Shown in pieces: positions 1 to 9,968 of a DNA stretch of 64,000 bases. Positions within the stretch are counted from its first letter, which is position 1, and each line of letters starts with the position of its first letter. Under the pieces are notes generated by a model, which ran no database searches, was not told the origin of the DNA, and worked only from the letters and a program-made list of their open reading frames with translations. The translations under genes and the position numbers were made by a program. This DNA is from Candidatus Aenigmatarchaeota archaeon (lineage in GTDB: Archaea > Aenigmatarchaeota > Aenigmatarchaeia > QMZP01), in assembly GCA_016185435.1 (NCBI GenBank), contig JACPNN010000013.1, positions 3,396 through 67,395 of the forward strand. Direction: 5' to 3'.

Positions 1-462
1 GAAAAAACCGGCAGCCACCAGGATGGTGGCAATTGTCTGTATGGCGCTGCTGCCGCTGACTGCAAAAATGAGCAGTGGTATGGCAAGCGGCAGGAGGGCT
101 GCCAGGACGAGGATACCAACAGCTATTGAAGTGAACAGGTAGGGCAGAAACCTGGAAGGCGCAAAGCTTACTGCAGCAGAAAAAGAGCTCTTTGACTTCA
201 CCGAATCATATGCCAGCTTTATTGCTATTATGGAGGAAAAAACTGACACCAGCCCGGAGATTATCATGACCGCGAGGGCTGACACAATGTAAAACGAATA
301 CTGGGAAAGCATCTGGGAAAGGTCTGCCGCGTCGGGTATATCCGTAATCAGCAGAGCGCCGAGAGTGCCGATGAATGTGCTCAGCAGATAGGGAAGGGCA
401 ATCACGGGATTTCTGCAAAGAATTTTGAAGGATTCCTTTGCTGTCCGTATGGAATCAATCAT
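1..462 (-). CDS. Integral membrane protein (partial, runs off window start)
   Basis: Manual translation MIDSIRTAKESFKILCRNPVIALPYLL... stays open to the window edge with several hydrophobic segments; not in the ORF track. Confidence 0.7.
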   Translation of the reverse strand, partial: MIDSIRTAKESFKILCRNPVIALPYLLSTFIGTLGALLITDIPDAADLSQMLSQYSFYIVSALAVMIISGLVSVFSSIIAIKLAYDSVKSKSSFSAAVSFAPSRFLPYLFTSIAVGILVLAALLPLAIPLLIFAVSGSSAIQTIATILVAAGFF

Positions 463-520
463 ATTATATTTTTGTCGGGCTTCAATATAAATGAGATGCG
501 TTTTGGAAAATGATGCCGGA

Positions 521-1324
521 TCACTTCTCATGCTTGGAGCCGGACTGCCACATGGACTCAAAATAAGGCTTTATTATGTCTTTTGCGGCATGATTGGAAT
601 TTGCCCAGAAGGCGACATCCTGCGTCTCATGGACATCCTTGTCGTCAGTCAGGGCGAAGAGAACATGTTTGTCGTCGATCAGGAAAATGCGGCCGGAAGG
701 AAAAGGAAGGTGCCTCAGTTCGGCAACCTGGGAAAGAGCGTTAGTGGCGGAAGTATTGGAAAGGGGGGCCAGAATCTTCACTTTTGCTCCCCTTCTCGCA
801 ATTTTCTTCAGCATCCTGAAGTGGTTGCTGTAGAGGTCATTCAGGCCCTGCTCTGTGGTGACTATGCTTATCTTGCTCTTCGCGTCCCTGAATAGCGTCC
901 GAAGCTGCCTGTTTATCGTGTGCCTCCCTTTCAGCGTGCCTATAAGGTCTGCAGGCGTCATCAGGCTTAGGCTCTGCTTGTGGATCTGTTCAAGCTCATT
1001 CAGCACCTTTGAGCCGGCCATTTTTTCTATCCTTGACACAAGCGTCTCATAATTCTTTTCGAGGTTCTGCTTCACCCTTTCCAGTGCTTCCTTGGGCTCA
1101 AGCGCCACATATTTTATGGGCTTCGAGGGCTGCACCATGGCAAAGCCCTTCTCAGCAAGGCTCTCAAGGACGTCATAGCTCCTGCTCCTCGGAACATTGG
1201 CCAGTTCAGAAAGCTCGGCTGCAGTCGCTACGCCCCTAGCTAGCAAAGCAACATATATCTTTCTTTCATAGAGGTTTAGTCCTATGCTTTTGAGCGCATC
1301 AAGAGTTTCAGTCGAGGCAACCAT
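521..1324 (-). CDS. TrmB-family transcriptional regulator
   Basis: LKSIGLNLYERKIYVALL...ANVPRSRSYDVLESLAEKGF wHTH plus C-terminal PLD-like effector domain. Confidence 0.92.
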   Translation of the reverse strand: MVASTETLDALKSIGLNLYERKIYVALLARGVATAAELSELANVPRSRSYDVLESLAEKGFAMVQPSKPIKYVALEPKEALERVKQNLEKNYETLVSRIEKMAGSKVLNELEQIHKQSLSLMTPADLIGTLKGRHTINRQLRTLFRDAKSKISIVTTEQGLNDLYSNHFRMLKKIARRGAKVKILAPLSNTSATNALSQVAELRHLPFPSGRIFLIDDKHVLFALTDDKDVHETQDVAFWANSNHAAKDIIKPYFESMWQSGSKHEK

Positions 1325-1588
1325 ACACGCACCCGTTTTATTTCAATGATTTGTCTCAGGTCGGTTATTAAGTATATCATCTGCCTATTTAAATGCTTTG
1401 GTTTTTCTTACCGCCCTGTGACTTTTCTCTGGAATTAATTTCGGAATTAAAAATATATTGCTTTGTCATGCATGCGTAGCTACAGAAGGCTTCCAGCGCA
1501 TGGTTTTAGAGGCATGTATAAAAGAGCTTTTTCCAGAAACGATATGCAGAGAACTAATTAAATTATGATTCGTATGATTTATAAAATG

Positions 1589-3613
1589 TCAGATATTTCC
1601 TCCCTTCTGCTCCGTCTTTCCCTTCTGTTCCGTCCTCCCTTTCTGTTCCGTCCTCCCTTTCTGGTCCGTCTTTCCCTTTTGCATCCTGTAAATTTTTTCA
1701 AGCCTGTCCAGATCGTCCGCATCCTCTATGCCCTTATCATCCCTCAGCCTGATGAATCTCGGGAACCTCAGGGCATAGCCTGAGTCATAGTTCGGGCTTT
1801 TCTGTATCTCTTCATAAGCGACTTCTATCACAATCTTCGGCCTTATCTTCACCTCCCCGCCCTCATCATGATATATATATGGCTTAAGCATCTTTGTCAG
1901 CTCTTCAAATGTCAAGTCGTCTTTATTTCCCTTCTTCTCCTTTATGCCTGTGCCGAGCATGCCGCACACCAGGAATTCAGATGTGTTGGGTTTTCTGATG
2001 CCCAGAATCAGGCTCCCTATCCAGCCTGCCCTCTTTCCAGTGCCCCACAGGCCGCCTATTATGGCCGCATCAAGCGTCTCGAGAGTCGGCTTCACCTTCA
2101 GCCAGCCTCCTGCTACTCTTCTGCCGGGCTGGTAGCTTGCCTCAAGGTTCTTGACCATCACCCCTTCCTGGCCCGCTTCTATCGCTTTCCTGTAGAATCC
2201 TTCTGCCGCCTTTATGTCCTTTGTGATTACTTGTTCTGCAAGGTCAAACCTTCCTTTTACTGGAACTATTATATCTTCAAGCATCCTTCTCCTTTTCCCA
2301 AGAGAAAGATCAAACAACTGCCTCCCGTCTATATGAATCGCGTCAAAAAGGTGCATCTGGACGGGTATTTCCATGGCCATCTGCGGGATGTCGTATTTCC
2401 TGTGTATCCTCTGGCTGAGGGCCTGGAAAGGCAGGGGCTTGGAGGTTTTCGGGTCGAAGGCCATCAGCTCGCCTTCAATTATGCATTCCCTGGCCCTGAC
2501 GCATTTCTGCGCCAGATCGACAAGATCAGGGAACTGTTTGGTTATATTCTCAAGCCTTCTCGTGTAAATCCATATTTCCTTCCCCTTTTTATGTATTTGG
2601 GCCCTTGCGCCGTCAAATTTCACTTCTATGGCCGGCTTGTCAAAGGCCTTTATGGCTTCTTCCAAAGAAGGGGCCTTTTCAGCCAGCAACACTTCTACGG
2701 GTTTGCCAACTTCCAGAGAGGCTTTTTCAAGGCCTTCAAGGCCCTTTTGCCTGGCAAGCAAGGCCACTTCCCCATAGTCTGGCCTCAGGAACCAGGCCCA
2801 TTCGACAGCGTCATTTATTCTCTTTTTGATTTTCCTTGATTCCTCATTATCTTCTGCAAGCACATAATCATACCCGCCTTTTGCCCTCCAGAGGCCTCTG
2901 TCTGTTATCTTCCCTTTGTCTACTGTGTTCCTCTCCCTGAAAGCATCATATTCTTTTTTGGTTATTTTTTCCTTTCCACTTAATTTTTCTACTATAGAAT
3001 CATGGTCCAATATTTTTTTATTTTGTTTTCCCAGCAATCTGATTATCTTCTTTTCATCCCAGACAATCTCAGAGAAGTAGGCCTTTGCTATGGCATCCCT
3101 CACCACACCCTTCTCGACGCCCATCCTGAGCTCTCCCAGTATAGTCCTCACGATGTATTTGGCTTCTGTCGGCTGGGCTGAAGAGAGCAGCTCAGAGACA
3201 AGCTGGCCTTTCCTCTCCTGGCTGCCCTGGCCTTCTGTGTAGGCCAGCTTCTGGAGATTTTCCACCACTTTGGATACAGTAAGCCCTTTGCTGAACAATG
3301 TTTTCTGTTTCTTTTCACTGGCCAGTTTTTCTATAACGAGGCCAAAATCTCCAAGCTTCTTGTAGTGCTTCTGTATGTCAGTTTCACTGTAACCGGTAGA
3401 GGCAGATACAATCTTCAGCATCAGCTGGCCTGCAATGCCTATCTCCTTCTCGTGCCATGGTGGAAATACCCTCCCCTGGAGAAGGAGGACCACAGCAGGC
3501 AGGGCAGAATCATCCGTTCTCCTTAAAATCCTTGCTATTGCAGACACCTTCTTCAGCCTGGCAGGAGTCTTCTCCAGATATTCGCAGAGGCCGGCCAGAA
3601 TGGAGTATTCCAT
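1589..3613 (-). CDS. lig: ATP-dependent DNA ligase
   Basis: EVKFDGAR (KxDG), EGVMVK, WLKVK and ALRFPRF motifs; start moved to MEYSIL at 3613. Confidence 0.97.
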   Translation of the reverse strand: MEYSILAGLCEYLEKTPARLKKVSAIARILRRTDDSALPAVVLLLQGRVFPPWHEKEIGIAGQLMLKIVSASTGYSETDIQKHYKKLGDFGLVIEKLASEKKQKTLFSKGLTVSKVVENLQKLAYTEGQGSQERKGQLVSELLSSAQPTEAKYIVRTILGELRMGVEKGVVRDAIAKAYFSEIVWDEKKIIRLLGKQNKKILDHDSIVEKLSGKEKITKKEYDAFRERNTVDKGKITDRGLWRAKGGYDYVLAEDNEESRKIKKRINDAVEWAWFLRPDYGEVALLARQKGLEGLEKASLEVGKPVEVLLAEKAPSLEEAIKAFDKPAIEVKFDGARAQIHKKGKEIWIYTRRLENITKQFPDLVDLAQKCVRARECIIEGELMAFDPKTSKPLPFQALSQRIHRKYDIPQMAMEIPVQMHLFDAIHIDGRQLFDLSLGKRRRMLEDIIVPVKGRFDLAEQVITKDIKAAEGFYRKAIEAGQEGVMVKNLEASYQPGRRVAGGWLKVKPTLETLDAAIIGGLWGTGKRAGWIGSLILGIRKPNTSEFLVCGMLGTGIKEKKGNKDDLTFEELTKMLKPYIYHDEGGEVKIRPKIVIEVAYEEIQKSPNYDSGYALRFPRFIRLRDDKGIEDADDLDRLEKIYRMQKGKTDQKGRTEQKGRTEQKGKTEQKGGNI
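1601..1680 (-). repeat. 18-bp tandem repeat, about 4 copies, encoding (K/R)T(D/E)QKG at the ligase C-terminus
   Basis: + strand ccctttctgttccgtcct-like units; peptide KTDQKG-RTEQKG-RTEQKG-KTEQKG. Confidence 0.9.
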
Positions 3614-3695
3614 TAGAATAATTATTGTCCCCCTGTAATGTAAATGTTGCACATGAAAAGGATTTTCCTCTGCCGGCAGCAATTTAAATACAAAC

Positions 3696-4463
3696 ATGAA
3701 TTGGATGCCTATGGGAAGGGAAACAGACAGGGAGGCCATTGCAAATCTGGAGAGAAGGCTGGAGGAGACCATAGATGATTTCGGCCCTCCTGAATGCGGA
3801 AGAACAGCGGCAATCATCGCCCCAAATGTGGGCAATGAACCCGTTTTCATAAAGAACATCTCCAATGTTTCAACAGCCCTACCCCACCTCGGCTTCACGA
3901 GACTTTACATTGTGTCTTCAGAAGAGGGATTGGCAGAAGCTTCCAGCCCACCGGCGCTCGCTTTCAAATATTTCAGGGGGTATGCTCCGACAAAAAGAGG
4001 CATGGAGGACTGCGTTTCAGGCATGGGGAAGGCAGTAAAGCAGGGCGATATATTGGCCATTTACATGACCGGCCATGGCTACAGGAGCTTCTTTGGAAAG
4101 TCGCGCATGACACTTGAGAATGGCACTCTGACTGACAGGGCCCTTGCCCGAATGCTTCACGAAGCACTGTCTCAAAAGGAGCCCATAGGCAGAATTGTCG
4201 TAGCTGACCAGTGTTACGGGCTGGGATTTGTCCGGAAGCTGGAGTCAGAAGTCTACAGGGGCATTGCAGCGTCTGAAGAGGGGACATCCGACAGAACATT
4301 TTCCAGAGCCTTTTTCCGGGCCCTGATAAGGAAAAGGAATCTGAAGGGGGCCTTTGAGCTTGCAAAACAGAACGATTATTTCTCAAGGAAAGGAGAGCAT
4401 GTGCTGGCCTTTGTGTCCTCGGCGGAAAGGAAAGGCTACACTCATATTAGGGGTGCGACATAA
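3696..4463 (+). CDS. Caspase/legumain (clan CD) fold peptidase-like protein
   Basis: IYMTGHG His motif followed by VVADQCYG Cys motif. Confidence 0.65.
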   Translation: MNWMPMGRETDREAIANLERRLEETIDDFGPPECGRTAAIIAPNVGNEPVFIKNISNVSTALPHLGFTRLYIVSSEEGLAEASSPPALAFKYFRGYAPTKRGMEDCVSGMGKAVKQGDILAIYMTGHGYRSFFGKSRMTLENGTLTDRALARMLHEALSQKEPIGRIVVADQCYGLGFVRKLESEVYRGIAASEEGTSDRTFSRAFFRALIRKRNLKGAFELAKQNDYFSRKGEHVLAFVSSAERKGYTHIRGAT

Positions 4464-4510
4464 TATTATGAGGGAAATGACGGCAGGGAGCAATATAGAC
4501 GCCTACAGAA

Positions 4511-5758
4511 TCAGCTCATGTATCCGCTCTCCTGCTGGTGCCTTAAGAGGGCTTCCCTGCACATTCTGGAGAATTCATCCATGCTTTCTTTTGACGCCAC
4601 AGAATCCAGCTTTTCCCTTCTCATAGCCAGAAATTCAGCGTGGTCAGGCATTATCACATTATCCAGTGCCCTCTCTCTGACGCCATTACGCTCTTTAACC
4701 TCCGCAAACCCCAGCGCATAAAGCCATCTCTCCATATATCTTTCATAGAATTTCCTGCCGCTTTCAGTAAGCTCCAGTTCTGAAAATTCCTCCCGGGTTC
4801 GGCCTTCCTCAACCTTGATCATGTTTGCCTTTCTTAGTATGGGGAGAATTGAACCAACAGTACTTTTATTGATTCCTGTGATTTCAGATACCCCCCTTGC
4901 GCTTAAAGGCTTCTTCCTGTCTCTCAGGCATGACATTACATTTTCAGCATACATTTTATAAATTGCCAAACTTTCTTTTTCATAGTCTCCCATAAGCCTC
5001 CTGACCCTTCTAGGATCAAGAGGGCTTCCCTCTGCTTTTGGTACGACTTTCATCTCATCTTCAGGGTGCTTGGCCTCATAATGGACAAGGCCTGTCTCTG
5101 CGAGTCTCGGCAGATTATGATTTACCAAAGATTTACTCAATTCTCTGTACTCTCTGCTCTTTCTTCTAAATCTGCCAGCATCAAACTCGTAATAATCGTC
5201 AATAATGTCCATGAGCCTGACTGTTTGTCCTTCTACTGTATTTTCATGCAGCCATGCAAGAATCATAAGGGTTGTGAGAGGCGCATATCTTTTTCCCGAA
5301 GAGTGTGCGGCACCAAAAATTTTATAAGCAGAGCTTTTAGTCAAGCCAGATGATGATTCCTCAAGGCACAGGAAGGCTGTGGCATCTCCCAGTAAAGCTC
5401 CTAAAGGCGTTTTCCTGTATCCATTGACTTTTCTCTCGGCAAGGCCTGTTTTCTTTTTTACCCTTGCCTTTTCAGCCAGCGGGATTGTGAGCTGCAGGAT
5501 TGCATAATCGAAATAATCGCTAACAAGTTTGTCTCCTAATACTCTCAGATAATCTTCAAGCAGGATTCCAAGAACATTGTTGACCTTTTCTGCAATATAG
5601 TGCGGAGACTCTCCACCGAGAGGTGTTTCCAGCAAAGTCAGGGCCTTCCTCGGATTGTTTCCGCATGCCCTTAACAGGGAACCTGAATACTCCCCAAAAG
5701 TCTTTGGCTCGATTATCCTGTCCCATGAATAGCCTTCAATCTGGCAGGTTGGAATCAT
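4511..5758 (-). CDS. Uncharacterised multi-winged-helix DNA-binding protein, copy 1
   Basis: LSARGVSEITGINKSTVGSILPILRKANMI HTH and ELELTESGRKFY wing; start MIPTCQ chosen by alignment with copy 2. Confidence 0.75.
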   Translation of the reverse strand: MIPTCQIEGYSWDRIIEPKTFGEYSGSLLRACGNNPRKALTLLETPLGGESPHYIAEKVNNVLGILLEDYLRVLGDKLVSDYFDYAILQLTIPLAEKARVKKKTGLAERKVNGYRKTPLGALLGDATAFLCLEESSSGLTKSSAYKIFGAAHSSGKRYAPLTTLMILAWLHENTVEGQTVRLMDIIDDYYEFDAGRFRRKSREYRELSKSLVNHNLPRLAETGLVHYEAKHPEDEMKVVPKAEGSPLDPRRVRRLMGDYEKESLAIYKMYAENVMSCLRDRKKPLSARGVSEITGINKSTVGSILPILRKANMIKVEEGRTREEFSELELTESGRKFYERYMERWLYALGFAEVKERNGVRERALDNVIMPDHAEFLAMRREKLDSVASKESMDEFSRMCREALLRHQQESGYMS

Positions 5759-5770
5759 AATTACTCTGTG

Positions 5771-5787
5771 ATAGTTAAATTTATAAA
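5771..5787 (-). promoter_or_regulatory. Putative TATA-box promoter of the wHTH gene (also at 7159-7175)
   Basis: TTTATAAATTTAACTAT is identical upstream of both diverged paralogs, about 25 nt before the ATG. Confidence 0.5.
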
Positions 5788-5898
5788 TATTCTCAGAATT
5801 GTGTCCTCGGCGGAAAGGAAAGGCTACGCTCATATTAGGGGTGCGACATAATATTATGAGGGAAATGACGGCAGAAAGCAATATAGACGCCTACAGAA

Positions 5899-7146
5899 TC
5901 AGCTCATGTATCCGCTCTCCTGCTGGTGCCTTGAGAAGGCTTCCCTGCACATTCTGGAGAATTCATCCATGCTTTCTTTTGACGCCACAGAATCCAGCTT
6001 TTCCCTTCTCATGCCCAGAAATTCAGCGTGGTCAGGCGTTATAACATTATCCAGTGCCCTTTCCCTGACGCCATTACGTCCCTTTGCCTCTTCAAAACCC
6101 AGAGCATAAAGCCATCTTTTCATGTATCTTTTATAGAACTCCCTGCCGTTTTCAGTAAGCTCCAGTTCGGAATATTCCTCCAGGGTTCGGCCTTCCACAA
6201 CCTTGATCATGTTTACCTTTCTTAGCATGGTGAGAACTCCACGAACAAAACTTTTATTGATCCCTGTTCTCTCAAATGTCTCGGCTGCGCTTAAAGGCTT
6301 CTTCCTGTCTCTCAGGCATGACATTACATTTTCAGCATACATTTTATAAATTGCCAAAGTTCCTTTTCCATACTCTCCCATAAGCCTCCTGACCCTTCCG
6401 GGATCAAGAGGGCTTCCCTCTGCTTTTGGTGCGACTTTCATCTCATCTTTACTATGCTTGGATTTATAACTGACAAGACCTGTCTCTGCGAGCCTCGGCA
6501 GATTACAATTTGACAAAGATTCACTCAATTCATTGTACTCTCTGCTATCTCTTCCAAACCTGTCAACATCAAACTCGTAATAATCGTCAACAAAGTCCAT
6601 GAGCCTGATTGTTTGTCCTTCTTTTGTTTTTTCATGCAGCCAAACAAGAATCATAAGGGTTGTGAGAGGCGCATATCTTTTTCCCCGAGAGTTCGCGACA
6701 CCAAAAATCTTATAGGCAGAGCTTTTAGTCAGGCCAGATGATGATTCCTCAAGGCACAGGAAGGCTGTGGCATCTCCCAGTAAAGCTCCTAAAGGCGTTT
6801 TCCTGTATCCTTGGACTTCTCTTTCTGCCAGGCCTGTTCTCTTTTTTATCCTTGCCTTTTCAGCCAATGGCAATGTAAGCTGAAGTATTGCATTATCGAA
6901 ATAACTGATAACCGTATCACCTCCTAACCCTCTCAGATAGTCCTCAGGCAGGATTCCAAGAACATTGTTGACCTTTTCTGCAATATAGCGCGGAGACTCT
7001 CCTCCGAGAGGTGTTTCCAGCAAAACCAATGCCTTCCTCGGATTGTTTCCGCATGCCCTTAACAGGGAACCTGAATACTCCCCAAAAGGCTTTGGCTCGA
7101 TTATCCTGTCCCATGAATAGCTTTTTATCTGATCTGAATGAATCAT
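5899..7146 (-). CDS. Uncharacterised multi-winged-helix DNA-binding protein, copy 2
   Basis: Colinear paralog of 4511-5758 with identical length. Confidence 0.75.
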   Translation of the reverse strand: MIHSDQIKSYSWDRIIEPKPFGEYSGSLLRACGNNPRKALVLLETPLGGESPRYIAEKVNNVLGILPEDYLRGLGGDTVISYFDNAILQLTLPLAEKARIKKRTGLAEREVQGYRKTPLGALLGDATAFLCLEESSSGLTKSSAYKIFGVANSRGKRYAPLTTLMILVWLHEKTKEGQTIRLMDFVDDYYEFDVDRFGRDSREYNELSESLSNCNLPRLAETGLVSYKSKHSKDEMKVAPKAEGSPLDPGRVRRLMGEYGKGTLAIYKMYAENVMSCLRDRKKPLSAAETFERTGINKSFVRGVLTMLRKVNMIKVVEGRTLEEYSELELTENGREFYKRYMKRWLYALGFEEAKGRNGVRERALDNVITPDHAEFLGMRREKLDSVASKESMDEFSRMCREAFSRHQQESGYMS

Positions 7147-7181
7147 AATCACTTTATAATAGTTAAATTTATAAAATATAC

Positions 7182-7484
7182 TTGCCCAAAAAGTTCTCAG
7201 AGGGGGGGGAGGCCAGGCTTCTCCTGGTCTATGAGCAGACCATACTTTCCAAGGAAAGGACTGCCCTCAGCTTCATGCAGATAGGGCTGGTGTTTGTCGG
7301 CCTCGGGCTTGGCCTGATTGCTGTTTACCTGCAGAACCACATAATCGGCCTCGCAATAGGCTTCTTCCTTATAATAGTCGGCTGGCTCGAGATGATGGAA
7401 TCGCATGCCAAGCTGAAGAAATACGGCAGCTTGTTGGATGAGGTGAAGGCGAAGCTGAGGAAGATAGGGGTGGAGGTCGCTTAG
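7182..7484 (+). CDS. DUF202/YidH-family small membrane protein
   Basis: TILSKERTALSFMQIGL motif and two TM helices; TTG start. Confidence 0.8.
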   Translation: MPKKFSEGGEARLLLVYEQTILSKERTALSFMQIGLVFVGLGLGLIAVYLQNHIIGLAIGFFLIIVGWLEMMESHAKLKKYGSLLDEVKAKLRKIGVEVA

Positions 7485-7504
7485 AAGCCACTGATTCGGC
7501 TTTT

Positions 7505-8470
7505 CTAATCGGAAATGCCATGCTGTAGGCCATGCCTTATAAGCAGGTTAAGGAATTTTTTTCCTACAGATCTGTCGAGCTGTTTGGTCACCTCTTCCCT
7601 TATCATTTTCAATCTGTAGGCCTTGCTCAGTTCTTCCTCTTCCCTGAAAATCAGTTTCGTATCTTTCTTTGCTTCTTCAAAGCAAGTGCCTGCGGCAATG
7701 AATCCGGTAGCATAATCCACTGTTTCAATGCAGCTCAGGGCAAGATATTCACAGTATTTTCGTACTCCAAGCAGCCAGCCGTTTACGCCATAGGATCTTG
7801 ATCCTATCTGGGTGCTGACGGAGCCAGGACCCTGCAGGTTCCATGGATCGAAATCAATCACTGTTTCCCTCTTTCTGTCCTTTTCCAGGGTCTCCTCATA
7901 GGCCTTTTCAAAGCGCCTGGCCGAATCGGATATTGTGGCAGCTATATTTTCAAGAGAGGCAGGCGAAGTTATGAGCAGGTCTTCATCCAGCCTTTCCGCA
8001 GCCGCCCTATATCCCAGACCGCTGAAAAAAGTCGTTGTGGTAGGATCTTCGTCATCCTTTATCTTCTCCCTGAACCATGCTGCGATGATGCCGCCCATAT
8101 AAGGCCGTGACACCTCTTTGCTCAGCTCATCGTTATAGATAACTCTTCTTTGCGGCAACCATGACACGCCCAGATCAAGACCCCTGCTTCCGACAAATTT
8201 CTCTTTCCCTAACGCATATTCTATCCTGGGATCATAGATGATCTCATCCCTTCTCACATCCGGCTTGAGGCCGGGCTTTATGCTGTCATATCCCAGCCTT
8301 CCTGCCATGTGTTTTATTCTGTTCCATAGGCGGTATTTTTCCGAAGAAACAGGCTTGGGGAGCCTGATTCCCAGATTCCTGTAATCCAAATGAAACCAGT
8401 CGCCCATTATGCCTGCAAGTTCGATTACATCTCCCTCCAGATCCTTTCGTGTCCTTATTTTTTCTGCCAT
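7505..8470 (-). CDS. Hypothetical protein
   Basis: 321-aa ORF with ATG start and upstream TATA-like element; no family recognised. Confidence 0.7.
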   Translation of the reverse strand: MAEKIRTRKDLEGDVIELAGIMGDWFHLDYRNLGIRLPKPVSSEKYRLWNRIKHMAGRLGYDSIKPGLKPDVRRDEIIYDPRIEYALGKEKFVGSRGLDLGVSWLPQRRVIYNDELSKEVSRPYMGGIIAAWFREKIKDDEDPTTTTFFSGLGYRAAAERLDEDLLITSPASLENIAATISDSARRFEKAYEETLEKDRKRETVIDFDPWNLQGPGSVSTQIGSRSYGVNGWLLGVRKYCEYLALSCIETVDYATGFIAAGTCFEEAKKDTKLIFREEEELSKAYRLKMIREEVTKQLDRSVGKKFLNLLIRHGLQHGISD

Positions 8471-8572
8471 AATCAGCTGTGATTACATGTCGCATCTCAT
8501 AATAATCTGATACTGCTAGAAATAAAAATCCGCAATCCGCATATTTATAAATCTCGCATCTCATATTAGACT

Positions 8573-9535
8573 ATGGCCTTTGTCCGATGGGGATATCTGC
8601 TTGCAGGCATTTTCTTGCTTCTCCTTTCCCAGGCAGTCTTTTCAGCCGACACCGGCGATTTCCAGAAGAAAATATCCCTTTCCCTTGAGCCCGGCCAGAG
8701 GTACAGCTTCCCGCTGGCCCTCAAGAACATAACCGAGATCACTTCGGTAACAGCTTCCGGCGATGCCTCATCATGGTTTGCCTTCGGAGGCAACCTTGAG
8801 CCGGCATACAGGATAACAAACCTCGTCGACCAGAGCGTTGAAGTGATAATCATAGTGCCCAATTCGGCCGAGGTAAGGGACTATTCCGCCCAGATAAAGG
8901 GCAACGACAAGATACTTTCCACAGTCGAGATAAAGGTGGTTCAGCCCCTGAGCAAGAGGGTGCTGACAATTTCAGATTCAATAACTGACATAAATGTGAA
9001 GCTCCAGCAGCTCCAGAGCATACAGGACAGGCAGACGAAGCTGGACAACAAGCTCAGCGAAGTCATCATAAGGCAGGACAAGATGGAAAGCACGGCAGGC
9101 GACAGCTTTGCCGACCTGAAGAAGAAGGCGCTGGAGCAGGAATCGTACAACAAGAATCTCAAGGCCCTTGAGCAGAATTTCAATGAGGAAAAGGGCAGGC
9201 TTGAGGCTGCTGTAACTTCCCTTGAAAGCGAAAAGGCAAAGCTTGCCGACGAGAAGAGGCGGCTTGAAAAGGTGACGGGAAGCTATCTGCTCGGCTCTTC
9301 CCCTGCCGGAATATTGGCGTCTTTCCTGATAGGCATTCTCATAGGCCTTGCCCTTGTCAAGGGCGTCAGGATGCCGAATCTGGCCCTGCCAAGGATTCCA
9401 AAGGCCGAGCCACCCCAAAAGGAGCCGGCGGTCAGCTTCAGGCCCGAGCCGGTGAAACTTGTCCCGGGCCATGAAAGGGAAGGCATGGAGAGGCTGAGGC
9501 AGTTCAAGTACGATTTCAGGCCGAGGAGATGGTGA
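8573..9535 (+). CDS. Exported, membrane-anchored coiled-coil protein
   Basis: Signal peptide, beta-rich domain, heptad coiled coil and C-terminal TM helix. Confidence 0.75.
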   Translation: MAFVRWGYLLAGIFLLLLSQAVFSADTGDFQKKISLSLEPGQRYSFPLALKNITEITSVTASGDASSWFAFGGNLEPAYRITNLVDQSVEVIIIVPNSAEVRDYSAQIKGNDKILSTVEIKVVQPLSKRVLTISDSITDINVKLQQLQSIQDRQTKLDNKLSEVIIRQDKMESTAGDSFADLKKKALEQESYNKNLKALEQNFNEEKGRLEAAVTSLESEKAKLADEKRRLEKVTGSYLLGSSPAGILASFLIGILIGLALVKGVRMPNLALPRIPKAEPPQKEPAVSFRPEPVKLVPGHEREGMERLRQFKYDFRPRRW

Positions 9536-9641
9536 ATTATCGGGCACGCAAAGCAGATAGCAGTGCACATACATTACTGTGGTAATTGTCTTGTTAAACT
9601 GATATAAATCTTGTGAGGAAGGAAATTCATAGGCAGATTTT

Positions 9642-9968
9642 ATGTTTTATCCAGTATCTCCAAGGATCGTTCAGACAGGTGATTCCGCCACTTCCAGGAA
9701 AAATTCAGCACAGGTTCAGGGCGGTCATACATCAATCAATGATATTTTGACAGGCTATTTCTGGAGCCTCATGGAAACCTTTGATGTGCCCATTGATGCA
9801 AGCAAGCCATTTCCTGATGTTAAGGGAAAATTGACGAACACAATCAGACTGAAATATGGAGAAGAGTTATGGAAAAAGGCATCAAAAGTTCTTGATGAGA
9901 ATCCCAGAATCCTCATTCTCCAAAGCTTAAAAGGTTTACTGCCAATAGAAAGGCATGAATCGCCCTGA
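9642..9968 (+). CDS. Hypothetical protein
   Basis: 108-aa ORF overlapping the start of the downstream peptidase. Confidence 0.5.
   Translation: MFYPVSPRIVQTGDSATSRKNSAQVQGGHTSINDILTGYFWSLMETFDVPIDASKPFPDVKGKLTNTIRLKYGEELWKKASKVLDENPRILILQSLKGLLPIERHESP

Larger units (their letters stand above)
4411..7175. repeat. Tandem duplication with period 1388 bp (4411-5787 vs 5799-7175)
   Basis: ttgtgtcctcggcggaaagg... at 4411 and 5799; each unit carries the peptidase 3' tail, a wHTH gene and its upstream AT-rich element. Confidence 0.95.

Noticed and set aside
1601-1680. Possible CRISPR array
   Set aside because: Contiguous 18-bp coding repeats with no spacers; no cas genes in the window
3614-3898. 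N-terminal 95-aa extension of the DNA ligase ORF
   Set aside because: Overlaps the opposite-strand peptidase gene; ligase-like sequence begins at MEYSIL (3613)
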